DNA of 64,000 nucleotides from an uncultured Acidobacteriota bacterium (GCA_963713655.1 CAVQMT010000047.1:11520-75519), one strand, 5' to 3'; shown: positions 40,082-50,499, numbered from the stretch's first letter. The notes: a model not told the origin generated them from the sequence alone. Translations and numbers: made by a program.

Positions 40082-40521
40082 GCGGGCGATGGCGGTCGCG
40101 CTCGTGTGCCTGCCGTGGTGCGCGCTGGCGTGCGGTTCCTCGTCCACCCCTCCGCTCCGAGCGAGACGCCGCACACGCCAGCCGTGGTGGCTCCGCCCAC
40201 CGAGCCGGTCGTCAGCATGGTCGGTACTGGGTGGGGACGATCGAGTCCGCGAATTTTGCGCCTCAGCCGATCACGCTGACGGTGGTGCAGCAGGCAAACT
40301 GCGTCGACGGGGCGTGGCGCAGCGACGACGGGCAGTGGCTGGGCGCGATCAGCGGCGTGGCGACGGGCGATGCCTACGTCGGCCAGATTTCGTTCGTGCG
40401 TGTCGAAGACCGCGAGCGCTGCGGGGGGATAGCGAACGTGGATGGGCCCATCACCGCGACGGCACTGCTGATGGACGGCACCAGCCTTCGAGGCTCGGGG
40501 CACGTGTGCGCGCGAGACTAG
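40071..40521 (+). CDS. Hypothetical lipoprotein (frameshifted)
   Basis: Lipobox ALAC; beta-rich body 'GTWVGTIES'. Confidence 0.55.
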
Positions 40522-40579
40522 CCCAAGCGAGCTCGTTGTCACGCTGCGCAAGCGCTAGTCGGCGCGGTCCGAAATCCTA

Positions 40580-41858
40580 TCAGTGCTGGGCGTGCGCATG
40601 CGTGGCTTGGTCCGTCATCGTCATGTCGAACATCCGCCGGTCGCGATTCGAGCGGGCGATCCGGAGAAAGACGTGGAACGACCACGGGCGCTCGCCGTGA
40701 GTCAGCTGCAGCAACGGTGGCAAGGCATAGGTCGTGACATCGCGCGCCGGCACTCACGGCTCAGCCCACGCCATGGCGAAGATGTCGCGAGAGCCGCCCA
40801 CGGTGATCGCGGTCACCGGATCGGCCAGCTCCCCCGGGATGGGGTTTGTGAACGAGCGAATGGGAACAGCAGCACCTCGGTTTCCACCTGCAGTCGCTCC
40901 GCGCGCGAAGTAGGCGGTCGGTGGCACCGCTGGCGATGGGTGGCTTCGAGCAGCAAGGCATTGAGCGTGCTGAAGACGCGCTCGGTTGCGTCCGACCGCT
41001 AGCGTGACGGCGGTGAAGCCCGAGCGCCTCGCTTTGAGCCAGGACGCCGACGCGCTGGTGCGGCGCTGATCTCCGGCCTCGAGCTGTTCCGGCTCGTTTG
41101 AGGATAGCCGTGCGACGCCTGCAGCGTCCAGCTGGAGACCGGCCGGAACCAGAGCTCGCGCGGCCCAGGAGTCCGGCCGGCCGGCCTCGACGTCGTAGTG
41201 CCGGTCGTCGGGTTCGCGGCCGCGAAACGACGAGCCCTCGACTCGAGAACCGTCTCGTGATCGATGCGCACCGCGATCGACGCTGCGAGGCGATGTGGGT
41301 GGAATCGAGGATGTGATGGGCGAGCGGTGCCGCTGGGATTCTCCGATGCCGAGGCGCGATGCATGAACGCCGGTGGTCCCAGGGCGGCCTCACCGACCGG
41401 CGCGCCGAGGACCGTGCACAGTGGTCTGGGCCTTGACGCGTTGCGACCACCCGAGCGCGAGCTGGGAGAACAGCTCGTGCGGGTGCTGGCGGTCGGTGTT
41501 CATCAGGCCGTTGTAGGCCTCGCCAATCTGCAACAGCTGCGGCGTAGCCGCCGGCGCCCACCGTCAGCGGGCTCCAGCGTCAGCATGGTCGAGACGATCA
41601 GGCGGCCCGGCCCGAGGGGGCGGATGGCCGTTCGCCATCAGCCAGTTCTGCGAGCGCCAGTCGCTGGCCCCGCTGAATCCACCCTGGCGATTGAAGGTCG
41701 CAAACAAGCGCGCCGTCGACGTTGATGATCCAAGGTTGCGGTGGCGACGCGTGCTGGTGGTCGGGTGAGACGGCCTCGCCCGGCTCGGTTGGCGCGATCT
41801 GGGCCTGGGCCGGCTGCGCCAACAGCAGACACGCCACGACGTTAATGGCCACGCCCAA
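40580..41858 (-). CDS. Putative outer-membrane protein with His/Met-rich ends (multiple frameshifts)
   Basis: Signal peptide; DRQHPHE, APLAHHILDSTHI, REPDD; C-terminal FHVFLRI..MFDMTMTDQATHAHAQH. Confidence 0.65.
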
Positions 41859-41957
41859 GCGGCTTGGCGGAGTTCACCTCGAGGTATCCGAGCGACGTGC
41901 GAGGCCCCGCTTCAGCGCTCGCCTCTAGCCTTTTGCCTTTAGCCTTTGCCTTGTTCT

Positions 41958-42963
41958 TCAGTAGTACCCGAGCGTCTCGATTCCCGTCCCGGCCTTGAAC
42001 GTCCTGGTGACCCGCGCCGTGGCCAGGTCCAGCACGGACACGGTGCCGTCGCCGTGATTGGCGACGACGGCCGTGGTGCCGTCGGCCGAGAAGCCGATGC
42101 CCATCGGGAACGCGCCTACCTTCAACACCCTCTGCAGGCCCTTCAGGTTCGAGGCGTCGAAAATCGTGATCATCGACCCCGCCATCGTCAGCAGCCACTT
42201 GCCGTCTGGCGAGTAGTAGGCCTTGTAAGCGGGATCCGACTGCCCCTGCAGCGTGATGCGGTCGGTCACCTGATCCGTCTTGGGATCGATGACGGCCAGC
42301 ACGGGCGCCGCCAGGTCCATCGCGATGACGGCCTTGCCATCAGGTGACGCGGCAATGCCTTGCGTGCCTTTGGCCATCGGCACGCGGGCGACGATCTGCT
42401 TGGTCTTGAGGTCCACCACGCTCACGAACAGGCGGTCGTCCTTGTTGGCCACATACATCTTGCTGCCGTCGGGCAGGATGGCCATCCAATGCGCGGAGCC
42501 TTCGGCGTCGATCGCCTCGATCACACGCCCGCGCACGGGGTCCACGTGGACGATCTTGCGGTCCAGTTCCGCCGTCACGTAGACCGTGCCGTCGGGCGCG
42601 ATCTGGATGCCGTGCGGCGACTTGTACGGCGACAGGTCGATCACCTTCGCCACCGCGCGCTTGGCCAGGTCGAGTCACATACAGGTGGTGCTGCGGATCG
42701 GGGTTGCGGCCATAGACGCCCGGACCATAGATCGGCACGTAGGCCAGCGTGTGATCGGGCGAGAACACAAAGTCGTGCGGGTTGGCCGGCAGTTTGAGGT
42801 TCGAGCGCTCCTGCATCGTGGCCGGATCGAAGAAGCGGATGTGCCCACCCAGCTTGTCCACCATGAAAAGGCCAGCCGTGCCGGTCGGGTGGTTGGGCGC
42901 GTCGCCGCCGGCGACGAGCGACAGCGGAGACAAGATGACCAGCGCGGCAAGCAGGTGTTTCAT
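41958..42963 (-). CDS. YncE/YVTN beta-propeller protein, exported (frameshifted)
   Basis: Repeated PHxxxxSPDG, ANHGDGTVSVLD blades. Confidence 0.88.
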
Positions 42964-43065
42964 GGCGTGCCGATTGTGCCATACGCCCGAGGCCTGCCGG
43001 CCCGGCGTAGAATCGATGGCTGGCCGCGCCAGTCGAGAGCTGTGCGCAGCGTCCCGGAGGCACAG

Positions 43066-44085
43066 ATGAGATTGAAGGCGCTTCGCACCGTGATCGCGGC
43101 CGTGGCCGCGGCGGCATCAACCGTCGCACTGGTCGCCCAGGCGCCGTACTCCCCGCCGAAGACGCCGTGGGGCGACCCGGATTTGCAGGGCATCTGGCCC
43201 AGCACCGACATGGTGGGCGTGCCCTTCGAGCGGCCGGAGCGGTTCGGCACGCGGCTCTACCTGACCGATGAGGAGTTGAAGGAGCGGGAGGCGCAGGCCT
43301 CCAAGCAAGCCGAGCTCGACGTGCTGGACTTCGACATCGAGAAGCCGCCGGCCGAGATCGTGGCGATGGGTGACGTCGGCGGCGTCACGTCGCCGCCGCC
43401 GCACTGGCTGGAGCGCGGCGTGCCCTCGCGCCAGTCCTCACTCATCGTGGAGCCGGCCAACGGCCGCATGCCCGCCATGACCGCGGAAGGAAAGGACCGT
43501 CAGAAGGGCAGCGGCGGCACCTACGTCAAGCAGACGGGGTGGAACCAGGCGAGCGAGCTCGGGCCCTACGACCGCTGCATCTCGCGCGGCGTGGTGGGCT
43601 CGATGATGCCGGTGGTCTACAACAACGGCAACCAGATCATCCAGACACCGGGCTATGTCGTGTTCCGCAACGAAATGATCCACGAGACGCGCATCATTCC
43701 GCTCGACGGCCGCCCCACGCCGCCGGCGCCGGTGAAGTCCTACATGGGCGAATCGCGCGGCCGCTTCGAGGGCAACACGCTGGTGGTGCGAACCACCAAC
43801 CTGAACGGCCGTACCGGCATGCAGGGCAACGGCATGATGCTGATGCCGAGCGACGCCCTGGAACTGGTCGAGCGCTTCACGCCGATCAGCGCCGATGTGC
43901 TGCAGTACGAGGTGACGGTCCACGATCCCAAGACCTGGACTGCGCCGTGGAAGGTCGCGTTTCCGCTCAAGCGCGAGTCCGACTATCAGTTCTTCGAGTA
44001 CGCCTGCCACGAAGGAAACAACGCGATGCGCAACATCCTGTCGGGCTCGCGCGCCGACGAGCGCGCCGCGGCGGCGGGGAAGTAG
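43066..44085 (+). CDS. Secreted hypothetical protein (PDLQGIW...EYACHEGN family)
   Basis: SD GGAGG, signal peptide, KTPWGDPDLQGIW, MGESRGRFEGNTLVV, FEYACHEGN. Confidence 0.85.
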   Translation: MRLKALRTVIAAVAAAASTVALVAQAPYSPPKTPWGDPDLQGIWPSTDMVGVPFERPERFGTRLYLTDEELKEREAQASKQAELDVLDFDIEKPPAEIVAMGDVGGVTSPPPHWLERGVPSRQSSLIVEPANGRMPAMTAEGKDRQKGSGGTYVKQTGWNQASELGPYDRCISRGVVGSMMPVVYNNGNQIIQTPGYVVFRNEMIHETRIIPLDGRPTPPAPVKSYMGESRGRFEGNTLVVRTTNLNGRTGMQGNGMMLMPSDALELVERFTPISADVLQYEVTVHDPKTWTAPWKVAFPLKRESDYQFFEYACHEGNNAMRNILSGSRADERAAAAGK

Positions 44086-45566
44086 TGCCGCGGCTCACGC
44101 GCCGGCGGCTGTTGCAGCACGCCGGCGGTGCCGCCGCGGCGCTGCCAGTGGCGGGCGCCGCGGCCGATCTCTTCGCCGCCTCTCAGTCAGGGTCAGGTGC
44201 ACCCGCGTCCGGCCGACGTCACCGGACGGCTGGCGCGCTACATGGTGGCCGCGCGCGACCGGGAACTCCCTGCACAGGTGGTGCAGGACGCTAAACACCG
44301 GATCCTGGACACATTGGCGGCGATGGTGTCGGGCGCCGAGCTTCCGCCCGGAGTCGCGGCCATCCGCTACGTGCGTTCGCAGGGCGGCACGCTCGAGTCG
44401 TCGGTGCTGACCACCAACCTCCGCACCACCGCAGTCAACGCCGCGCTGGCCAATGGCATGTTCGCGCACGCCGACGAAACCGACGACTTCGAGCCGGTCA
44501 CCAAGGCGCACCCTGGCAGTGCCGTCGTGCCGGCCGCGCTGGCGATGGCCGAAAAGGATCGCCGCTCGGGCACAGAGTTCCTGCGCGCCGTCGTGCTGGG
44601 CTACGACGTGTGCTGCCGCTTCCTGATGGCGCTCGGCCCCGACCACGTCAGGGCCACGCACCGCAGCGCCGAGGGGACCAGCGCGACGTTCGGCGCCACC
44701 GCCGCCGCGGCGTCCCTGGCCCGGCTCGACGAGCGCGGCACGCGCTTCGCGTTGTCCTACGGCGCGCAGCAGGTGTCCGGCCTCTGGAGCTGGACGCGGG
44801 ACGAGGACCACATCGAGAAGGCGTTCGACTTTGCCGGCATGGGCGCGCGCAACGGCGTGACCGCCGCCACGATGGTGCAGTCGGGCTTCACCGGCGTCGC
44901 CGAAGTGCTGGACGGCGAGCACAACATGATCCTGGCGCTCTCCGCCCAGCCGCGGCCGGAGGAGATGGTGCAGGACCTGGGCACGCGCTTCTACGTGTCC
45001 GAAAGTGCGATCAAGGTGTTCTCGGTCGGCTATCCGATCCAGTCGGCCGCTCGACGCGCTGCTGGCGTTGCGCCGCGAGCACGGGCTCACGCCCGACACC
45101 GTCTCGAAGATCGTGGTCCGGCTGCCGGAAGACGGTGCGCGCATCGTGGACGGCAACGCGATGCCGGACGTGAACCTGCAGCACCTGGTGGCGGTGGCGC
45201 TGATCGACGGCACGGTGTCGTTCGAGATGAGCCACTCGCGGGAGCGCATGAAGGATCCGCGGGTGCTGGCGGTGAAGGCCAAGGTGCAGCTGGTCGGCGA
45301 CCGCGCGCTGGTCGATCCGGCGGCGCCTCGCAGTGGCGCCGTGGAAGCGACGCTCGCCGACGGCCGCGTGGTCCGCCACTTCACGCAAGCACCCGCCGGG
45401 CACCAAGGAGAACCCGCTCAGCGCCGAGGCGGTGGCGGCCAAGGCGCGCGATCTGATGGCGCCGGTGATCGGTGCCGGCCGCGCCGATGCCGTGATCTCG
45501 CGCGTCAACAAGATCGAGGAAGTGCGGGACGCGCGCGATCTCGTCCGCCTGATGCGGCGGCCCTAG
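44085..45566 (+). CDS. MmgE/PrpD family protein with Tat-like signal (frameshifted)
   Basis: TRRRLL; ANGMFAHADETDDF, HPGSAVVPAALA, PGTKENPLS. Confidence 0.9.
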
Positions 45567-45568
45567 TT
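45517..45568 (+). repeat. 52-bp direct repeat copy 1 (3' end of MmgE/PrpD gene)
   Basis: AGGAAGTGCGGGACGCGCGCGATCTCGTCCGCCTGATGCGGCGGCCCTAGTT. Confidence 0.95.
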
Positions 45569-45704
45569 TCTCCGCCGCTGCGGTCGCGACGCTCGGCCGT
45601 GATCGGCCGGCGCCTCCCGCTTCCGCACACCGAAAGTGTCTGCTTGCCAGCGTGCTGCGCACGCTGGTCTCTCGTCCCTCCTGCACTACCGGTCCCACCG
45701 CGAC

Positions 45705-45753
45705 TAGAAAACTTGACGACCGAATTTTCAAACCAAATGAGTCAAGTTTTCTA
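45705..45753. promoter_or_regulatory. 13-bp perfect inverted repeat, operator-like
   Basis: TAGAAAACTTGAC-N23-GTCAAGTTTTCTA. Confidence 0.6.
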
Positions 45754-46314
45754 CGCCCCGCCGCAGGCGGGGCAATTAAACACTGGGCTAGCGAGGCGGA
45801 GCCTGCATGCTCGTTGGTCCGAGGCGCAGCCTCGCTAGGCCTTGGATCCACCGACAACCATCGTGGCATTCACCGTCCGGGTAGTCAGCGGCCGATTGCA
45901 TTCGCGTGTCACGCGGAACGAACCAAGGGGGGTTCCATGATGGCCCCTTGGCTCGTTGGCAGAGTCTCTTTGGCGCGCTTTGCGCGCCAGGTGTCGCGGT
46001 GATTCGTCGGGACGATTCGATTTCGTGGATCTCGACGTCGGTGTGCTCCAGAGGGAGTCGCCAGTGGGTCGGCCTGAATCAGGTGTCACGAGAGCCCGCA
46101 TCCTCCAACAAGTGCCTGTGACCCTATGAAGTTGCAGACGTTCTTCGACGGGCCGGTCTTGGCGTTATGCTGCGGGCCTCGCTGGGGCGGCCGTGATATG
46201 CGGGTCGGCCTACTGCTCCTTAGCGCCTTCCTATTGGCACCGACGCGTCATACGAAGAGGCTGCGATGATGAGAACTTGATGGCCGACCCATTCGCAATG
46301 TTTGAGTGGTTGAC

Positions 46315-46764
46315 ATGAATGACGCACGCGTTGCGCCCGGCGGACGCGCGCCGTGGCACCTTTGGCTGGTAGGCCTGCTGATAGTGGTCTGGAATGCCGC
46401 GTCCTGCTACAGCCACGTGATGACCCTGACACAGAACGCCGCCTACTTCCGGGTGGCGGGGATCACGCCAGAGATGGCGGCCTATCTCGCGGCTGTGCCT
46501 GCGTGGTACGTGGTGGCGTGGACGATCGCAGTGTGGGGTGGGTTGTTTGCGTCGGTGGGTCTGCTGATGCGCAAGTCCTGGACGGTGTGGTGGCTCGCAG
46601 CCTCGCAGCTGGCGATGATCATCAACAGCGTGTGGACCTTGCTGAATCCGGACGCGGATGTATTGGGCAGAGTCGGGTCAATCAGCGCCGTCGTGTTGAT
46701 CATCCTCGGCGCATTCCTAGTGCTGTATTCGATGCGGCTCAAGCAGCGCGGCGTACTCCGTTAG
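46315..46764 (+). CDS. Four-TM hypothetical membrane protein
   Basis: Intact ORF; PWHLWLVG..WN, AWTIAVWGG..LLMRK. Confidence 0.8.
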   Translation: MNDARVAPGGRAPWHLWLVGLLIVVWNAASCYSHVMTLTQNAAYFRVAGITPEMAAYLAAVPAWYVVAWTIAVWGGLFASVGLLMRKSWTVWWLAASQLAMIINSVWTLLNPDADVLGRVGSISAVVLIILGAFLVLYSMRLKQRGVLR

Positions 46765-46819
46765 GTGTCGGGCCACCTTTACGGGATCTGCGGGTGGGCG
46801 CCGGAGAAGTGGCCATCCG

Positions 46820-46953
46820 CTACCTCCATGTCCTGCGCATCGACTGCCAGCAAATCAGTGCGCACGCGAGCCAGAGGAACGCCTCGTGGATGTCGGCCCG
46901 CTTGTCATGCCGCATACGCAGGCGGCGAAACTGATTGAACCAGGCAAGCGTCC
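46820..46953 (-). pseudogene. IS5-family transposase C-terminal fragment
   Basis: Minus strand reads TLAWFNQFRRLRMRHDKRADIHEAFLWLACALICWQSMRRTWR*. Confidence 0.85.
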
Positions 46954-46954
46954 A

Positions 46955-47006
46955 AGGAAGTGCGGGACGCGCGCGATCTTGTCCGCCTGATGCGGCGGCC
47001 CTAGTT
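46955..47006 (+). repeat. 52-bp direct repeat copy 2
   Basis: Identical to 45517-45568 except one C/T. Confidence 0.95.
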
Positions 47007-47035
47007 CTCGGGCGACCATTCGGTCGCGACGGTCC

Positions 47036-47362
47036 TTAGGCTCGAGTGAGTAGGGCGCCGACGATGGCGACGAGCGTGGTCACCTGCAGGCCCACCAACC
47101 AGACGAAGTAACGGGACAGCTTTTCATCGAGCGCATCGATCCGGCGGTCCACTGTGTCAAAGCGGCGGTCAACGGCCTCGAAACGGCGATCGATGGCTTC
47201 GAAGCGCCGGTCCATGGCTTCGAAGCGCCGGTCCATGGCCTCAAATCGCCCGTCTACGCGGTGCTCGAGCATCCGAACTGCCTCACGCACTTCGACCATC
47301 GCGTGCGACTGCTCGCTCACCTGGCCCTCGATGAAGGCCACTCGTTCTTCCAGCGTGGACAC
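47036..47362 (-). CDS. Membrane-anchored coiled-coil protein (DUF1640/CCDC90-like) with RFEAMDR heptads
   Basis: Tandem 21-nt repeats encoding RFEA(M/I/V)DR; C-terminal TM helix. Confidence 0.82.
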   Translation of the reverse strand: MSTLEERVAFIEGQVSEQSHAMVEVREAVRMLEHRVDGRFEAMDRRFEAMDRRFEAIDRRFEAVDRRFDTVDRRIDALDEKLSRYFVWLVGLQVTTLVAIVGALLTRA

Positions 47363-47416
47363 GTCGCCACCCCCTCAGCTTAGCTCCGGCCCCAATCGCG
47401 CTCAAGCTAAGCGGGG

Positions 47417-48047
47417 TCAAGGCACATCGCGTACCGTGGCCGAACACGAAAGAATCGGCGGGTGGCGGTATTCGACGTCGCAGATCGTGCTGGATCTGCG
47501 CACCGGCACGATGGCAGTTCGAGTGGGCGTACCGGGCGAGCGGCCGGGCAGGAAGCGGCCGTGCAGGACGCGCAGCTTGATCAGGTCCTGCGGCAGGATC
47601 TTCAGCTGGTTCACGATACGGTGGATTTCGGTCTCTTCCGATAGTGAGATCGCCTCGTCGCTCGACGCCACCTGGAACAGGCAGCTGCGCCAGGGCCAGC
47701 TTCTCGTCGTAGGTCGCAGACTCCGCGAACTCGCGGGCGACGTCGTAGTCGGCGGTGCCGCCGAACAGCAGGTTGCTGGTCCTGGCCAGGCCGACGACGA
47801 CGGTAGCCTGCTCCGGCGAGAGGTGCGCTTCCCCGATGACCAGCGCCTCCATCGCGCGAATCTCCTCGTCGCTGGCATGGCGATCGGCCAGGGCGACGCG
47901 GCCCAGCAGGTAAGCGAAGCGCGCCAGGTGCCGGGCGCGGTCGGGCTCCAGGCGATCGAGCGAGTCGATCAGGTCGCGGAGCGGCGTGTGCTCGGGTGCC
48001 GCTGCTTCCTCGACTCCGAGCCAGGACATCAGCGCTTTGAAGGGCAT
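47417..48047 (-). CDS. TerB family protein (frameshifted; 3' end uncertain)
   Basis: YLLGRVALAD..SDEE, LFQVASSDEAISLSEETEI. Confidence 0.85.
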
Positions 48048-48088
48048 CACGCGATCTTACGACTTGCGGCCCTGTGTACTATTGCAGC

Positions 48089-48589
48089 ATGGCCACCGCG
48101 CTCACCGAAGACCTGGCGCTGATGCTGACGCGCGAGCTGGACGGCGTCGCGCGCGAGATCGAGGCGTTTCCCGACGACGCGTCGATCTGGCGGGTCGGAC
48201 CGGGGGTGACCAACGCGGCGGGCAACCTGGCGCTGCATGTGGCCGGTAACCTCCAGCACTTCGTCGGCGCGCTGCTGGGCCAGACCGGGTACGTGCGCGA
48301 CCGGGAGAAGGAGTTCGCGCAGCGCTCGGGCACGCGAGCCGAGGTGGTCGAAGAATTGCTCCGTGCCCGGGCGGTGGTGGTGCAGGTGCTGCCGTCGTTG
48401 CCCGCGGCGACGCTGAATTCGACGCTGGCGCACGACAAGCTGCCTACGCCCGTGCGGGCGCAGCGCCTGCTGATCCACCTGGCGGCGCACGCGGGGTTCC
48501 ACCTCGGCCAGATTGGCTACCTGCGGCGCATGCTGACCGGGGAGAACCGATCCGTCGGTCCCCTCCCGGTGTCGTTGCTGGTGGGGTAG
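48089..48589 (+). CDS. DinB-like/DUF1572 family protein
   Basis: NAAGNLALHVAGNLQHF, YVRDREKEF, HAGFHLGQI. Confidence 0.88.
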   Translation: MATALTEDLALMLTRELDGVAREIEAFPDDASIWRVGPGVTNAAGNLALHVAGNLQHFVGALLGQTGYVRDREKEFAQRSGTRAEVVEELLRARAVVVQVLPSLPAATLNSTLAHDKLPTPVRAQRLLIHLAAHAGFHLGQIGYLRRMLTGENRSVGPLPVSLLVG

Positions 48590-48612
48590 AGCCCCGAGAC
48601 GCCGCCGCGCGA

Positions 48613-48996
48613 TTACTCGCCGGGGCCCTTCGAGGGCGTGTACGGCACGCTCTCCACCCGCAGCGGCCGTTCGGCGGTGACCCTGACCGTGCCCTGTACG
48701 GCGACGTCGAGCGGCCGCTCGGTCTCCACCCTCAGCGGCCGTTCGGCGGTCACTTCGGTGGTCAGCCGATCCACGGCCTCGCGCGCCGCGGCCGGAATTC
48801 TGCGGTAGCCGCCCACCACCGCCACCGGCAGGAAGCCGGCCTCGGGGCCGGACAGCTCGATGCCGGTGATTACGACGGACGTGGGCGCCCGTTGCGCCTG
48901 CGCAACGACCGGCGTCGCGCCGTCCTTGAGGCCAATCCATAGCAGCTCAGCGGCGATGATGGTCAGGATGATTTTCACGTAGCGATCGATGTGCAT
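48613..48996 (-). CDS. Hypothetical protein with N-terminal TM anchor
   Basis: MHIDRYVKIILTIIA; internal ERPL.V repeats. Confidence 0.7.
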   Translation of the reverse strand: MHIDRYVKIILTIIAAELLWIGLKDGATPVVAQAQRAPTSVVITGIELSGPEAGFLPVAVVGGYRRIPAAAREAVDRLTTEVTAERPLRVETERPLDVAVQGTVRVTAERPLRVESVPYTPSKGPGE

Positions 48997-49071
48997 GTCG
49001 GGACCTCAGCTAGGCGGCATTGTACGCGGGGTGCCCCGAATATACTGAGGCACCTCTACAAGGAGCGGCCC

Positions 49072-49597
49072 GTGAGCGACGAGGCGGAAACCAAAGCGTG
49101 TCCGGTGTGCGGCGAAACCATCAAGGCCGCCGCCATCAAGTGCCGGTTCTGCAACACGGATCTCGTGGCCTTCCAGGACGCCCAGGTGGCCGAGGAGGAG
49201 CGCGAGCTGTTCGTCGGGCGTCCGGCGCCGATTACCAGCGTCGGGCAGTGGGTGCTGGTCGTGATCACGATCGGCATCGCCTACCTGGTCTACTGGGTAC
49301 GGAGCCTGTCGCTCCACTACCGCATCACCACGCAGCGGGTCCAGATCGAGCACGGCCTGTTCTCGACGATCAAAGACAACGTCGAGCTGTTCCGCATCGA
49401 TCACTTCGACCTGCACAAACCGCTCGGGATGCGGCTGTTGAACCAGTCGGTGCTGCACCTGCGGTCGAGCGATCCGCACTTCCCGACGGTGATGATCAAA
49501 GGCGTGCCCCAGCTCGATCAGCTGGCCGACACGCTGCGCGAGTGCTCGCTCAAGGGAGCGCACCCGCCGCCGCGTCACCACGTTCGTGGACGCTTGA
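49072..49597 (+). CDS. Zn-ribbon plus bacterial PH domain protein
   Basis: CPVCGETIKAAAIKCRFC; YRITTQRVQIEHGLFS..VELFRI; SD AAGGAG. Confidence 0.85.
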
Positions 49598-49611
49598 CCG
49601 GAGGACGCGAG

Positions 49612-50499
49612 CTGGCCGAGCCGGTCCTCGAGTTCATCGACGCCACCGTGATGCGCGGGCGCACCCGCGCGCTCGACGGCCTGTCGCTGCGCATCCACCG
49701 CGGCGAGCACACGGCCATCCTGGGGCCCAACGGCGCCGGCAAGACGACGCTGATGCGGGTGTTGACGCTGGACGAGCGTCCGCGAACCTCCGCCGGCGAC
49801 GACCGTCCGGCGCTGCGCATCTTCGGCGACGAGCGCACCGACGTCGAGGAGCTGCGCCGCCGGATGGGTGTCGTCACCGGCGACCTGGACGCCAACTTCG
49901 GCATGAGCAGCTGGGGCGGACGTGTATCGGGGTTGGACGCCGCCACCTCGGGCCTGCTGGGCACGCAGGGCCTGTTTTCGCACCACGACGTCACACCGGC
50001 GATGCACGCGCAGGGCCGCGCGGCCCTGGAGCGAGTGCAGGCGGCACACCTGGCGGCGAAGCCGCTGACCGAAATGTCCACCGGCGAGCGGCGGCGGGTG
50101 CTGATCGCGCGCGCGCTGGTGACGCGGCCGGAGGTGCTGGTGCTGGACGAGCCGACGACCGGCCTCGACTTCGTGGCCCGGCATCAGTTCCTGGAGTCGA
50201 TCCGCCGTCTCGCGCACGAGGGCACGACGATCCTGATCGTGACCCACCACGTGGAAGAGGTGATTCCCGAGATCCGGCGGATCGTGCTGCTCTCGTGCGG
50301 CCGCGCCGCGTTCGACGGCCCGCCGGCTGAGGCCCTGACCTCCGACCATCTGGCGGCGGTGTACGGCGCTCCGCTGGCGGTCGAGCGCCAGGGTGACTAC
50401 TACGCGGTGCGCGTGGTGGGGGCCGCGCCTACTTTGACGGCACCGCGTACCAGTCCGGCAGCCGGACCTCCACGCCCGAGCCCGCCAGCGCGTTCCTGA
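49612..50499 (+). CDS. ABC transporter ATP-binding protein (ModF-like; ends approximate)
   Basis: GPNGAGKTT, MSTGERRR, LVLDEPT, VTHH. Confidence 0.9.
   Translation: MAEPVLEFIDATVMRGRTRALDGLSLRIHRGEHTAILGPNGAGKTTLMRVLTLDERPRTSAGDDRPALRIFGDERTDVEELRRRMGVVTGDLDANFGMSSWGGRVSGLDAATSGLLGTQGLFSHHDVTPAMHAQGRAALERVQAAHLAAKPLTEMSTGERRRVLIARALVTRPEVLVLDEPTTGLDFVARHQFLESIRRLAHEGTTILIVTHHVEEVIPEIRRIVLLSCGRAAFDGPPAEALTSDHLAAVYGAPLAVERQGDYYAVRVVGAAPTLTAPRTSPAAGPPRPSPPARS

Larger units (their letters stand above)
45569..46954. mobile_element. ~1.4-kb islet bounded by direct repeats, no integrase
   Basis: 52-bp repeats at both ends, visibly more AT-rich than flanks, contains IS5 fragment. Confidence 0.72.

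Noticed and set aside
46100-46170. attC-like site (CTCCAACAAG...GGCGTTATGC) and GTTAGGT at 46760
   Set aside because: The inner L boxes do not pair convincingly, and there is no integron integrase or second clear attC.
50429-50499. 70-bp convergent overlap between the ABC ATPase and MBL genes
   Set aside because: The ABC tail is low-complexity and probably extended by an indel.
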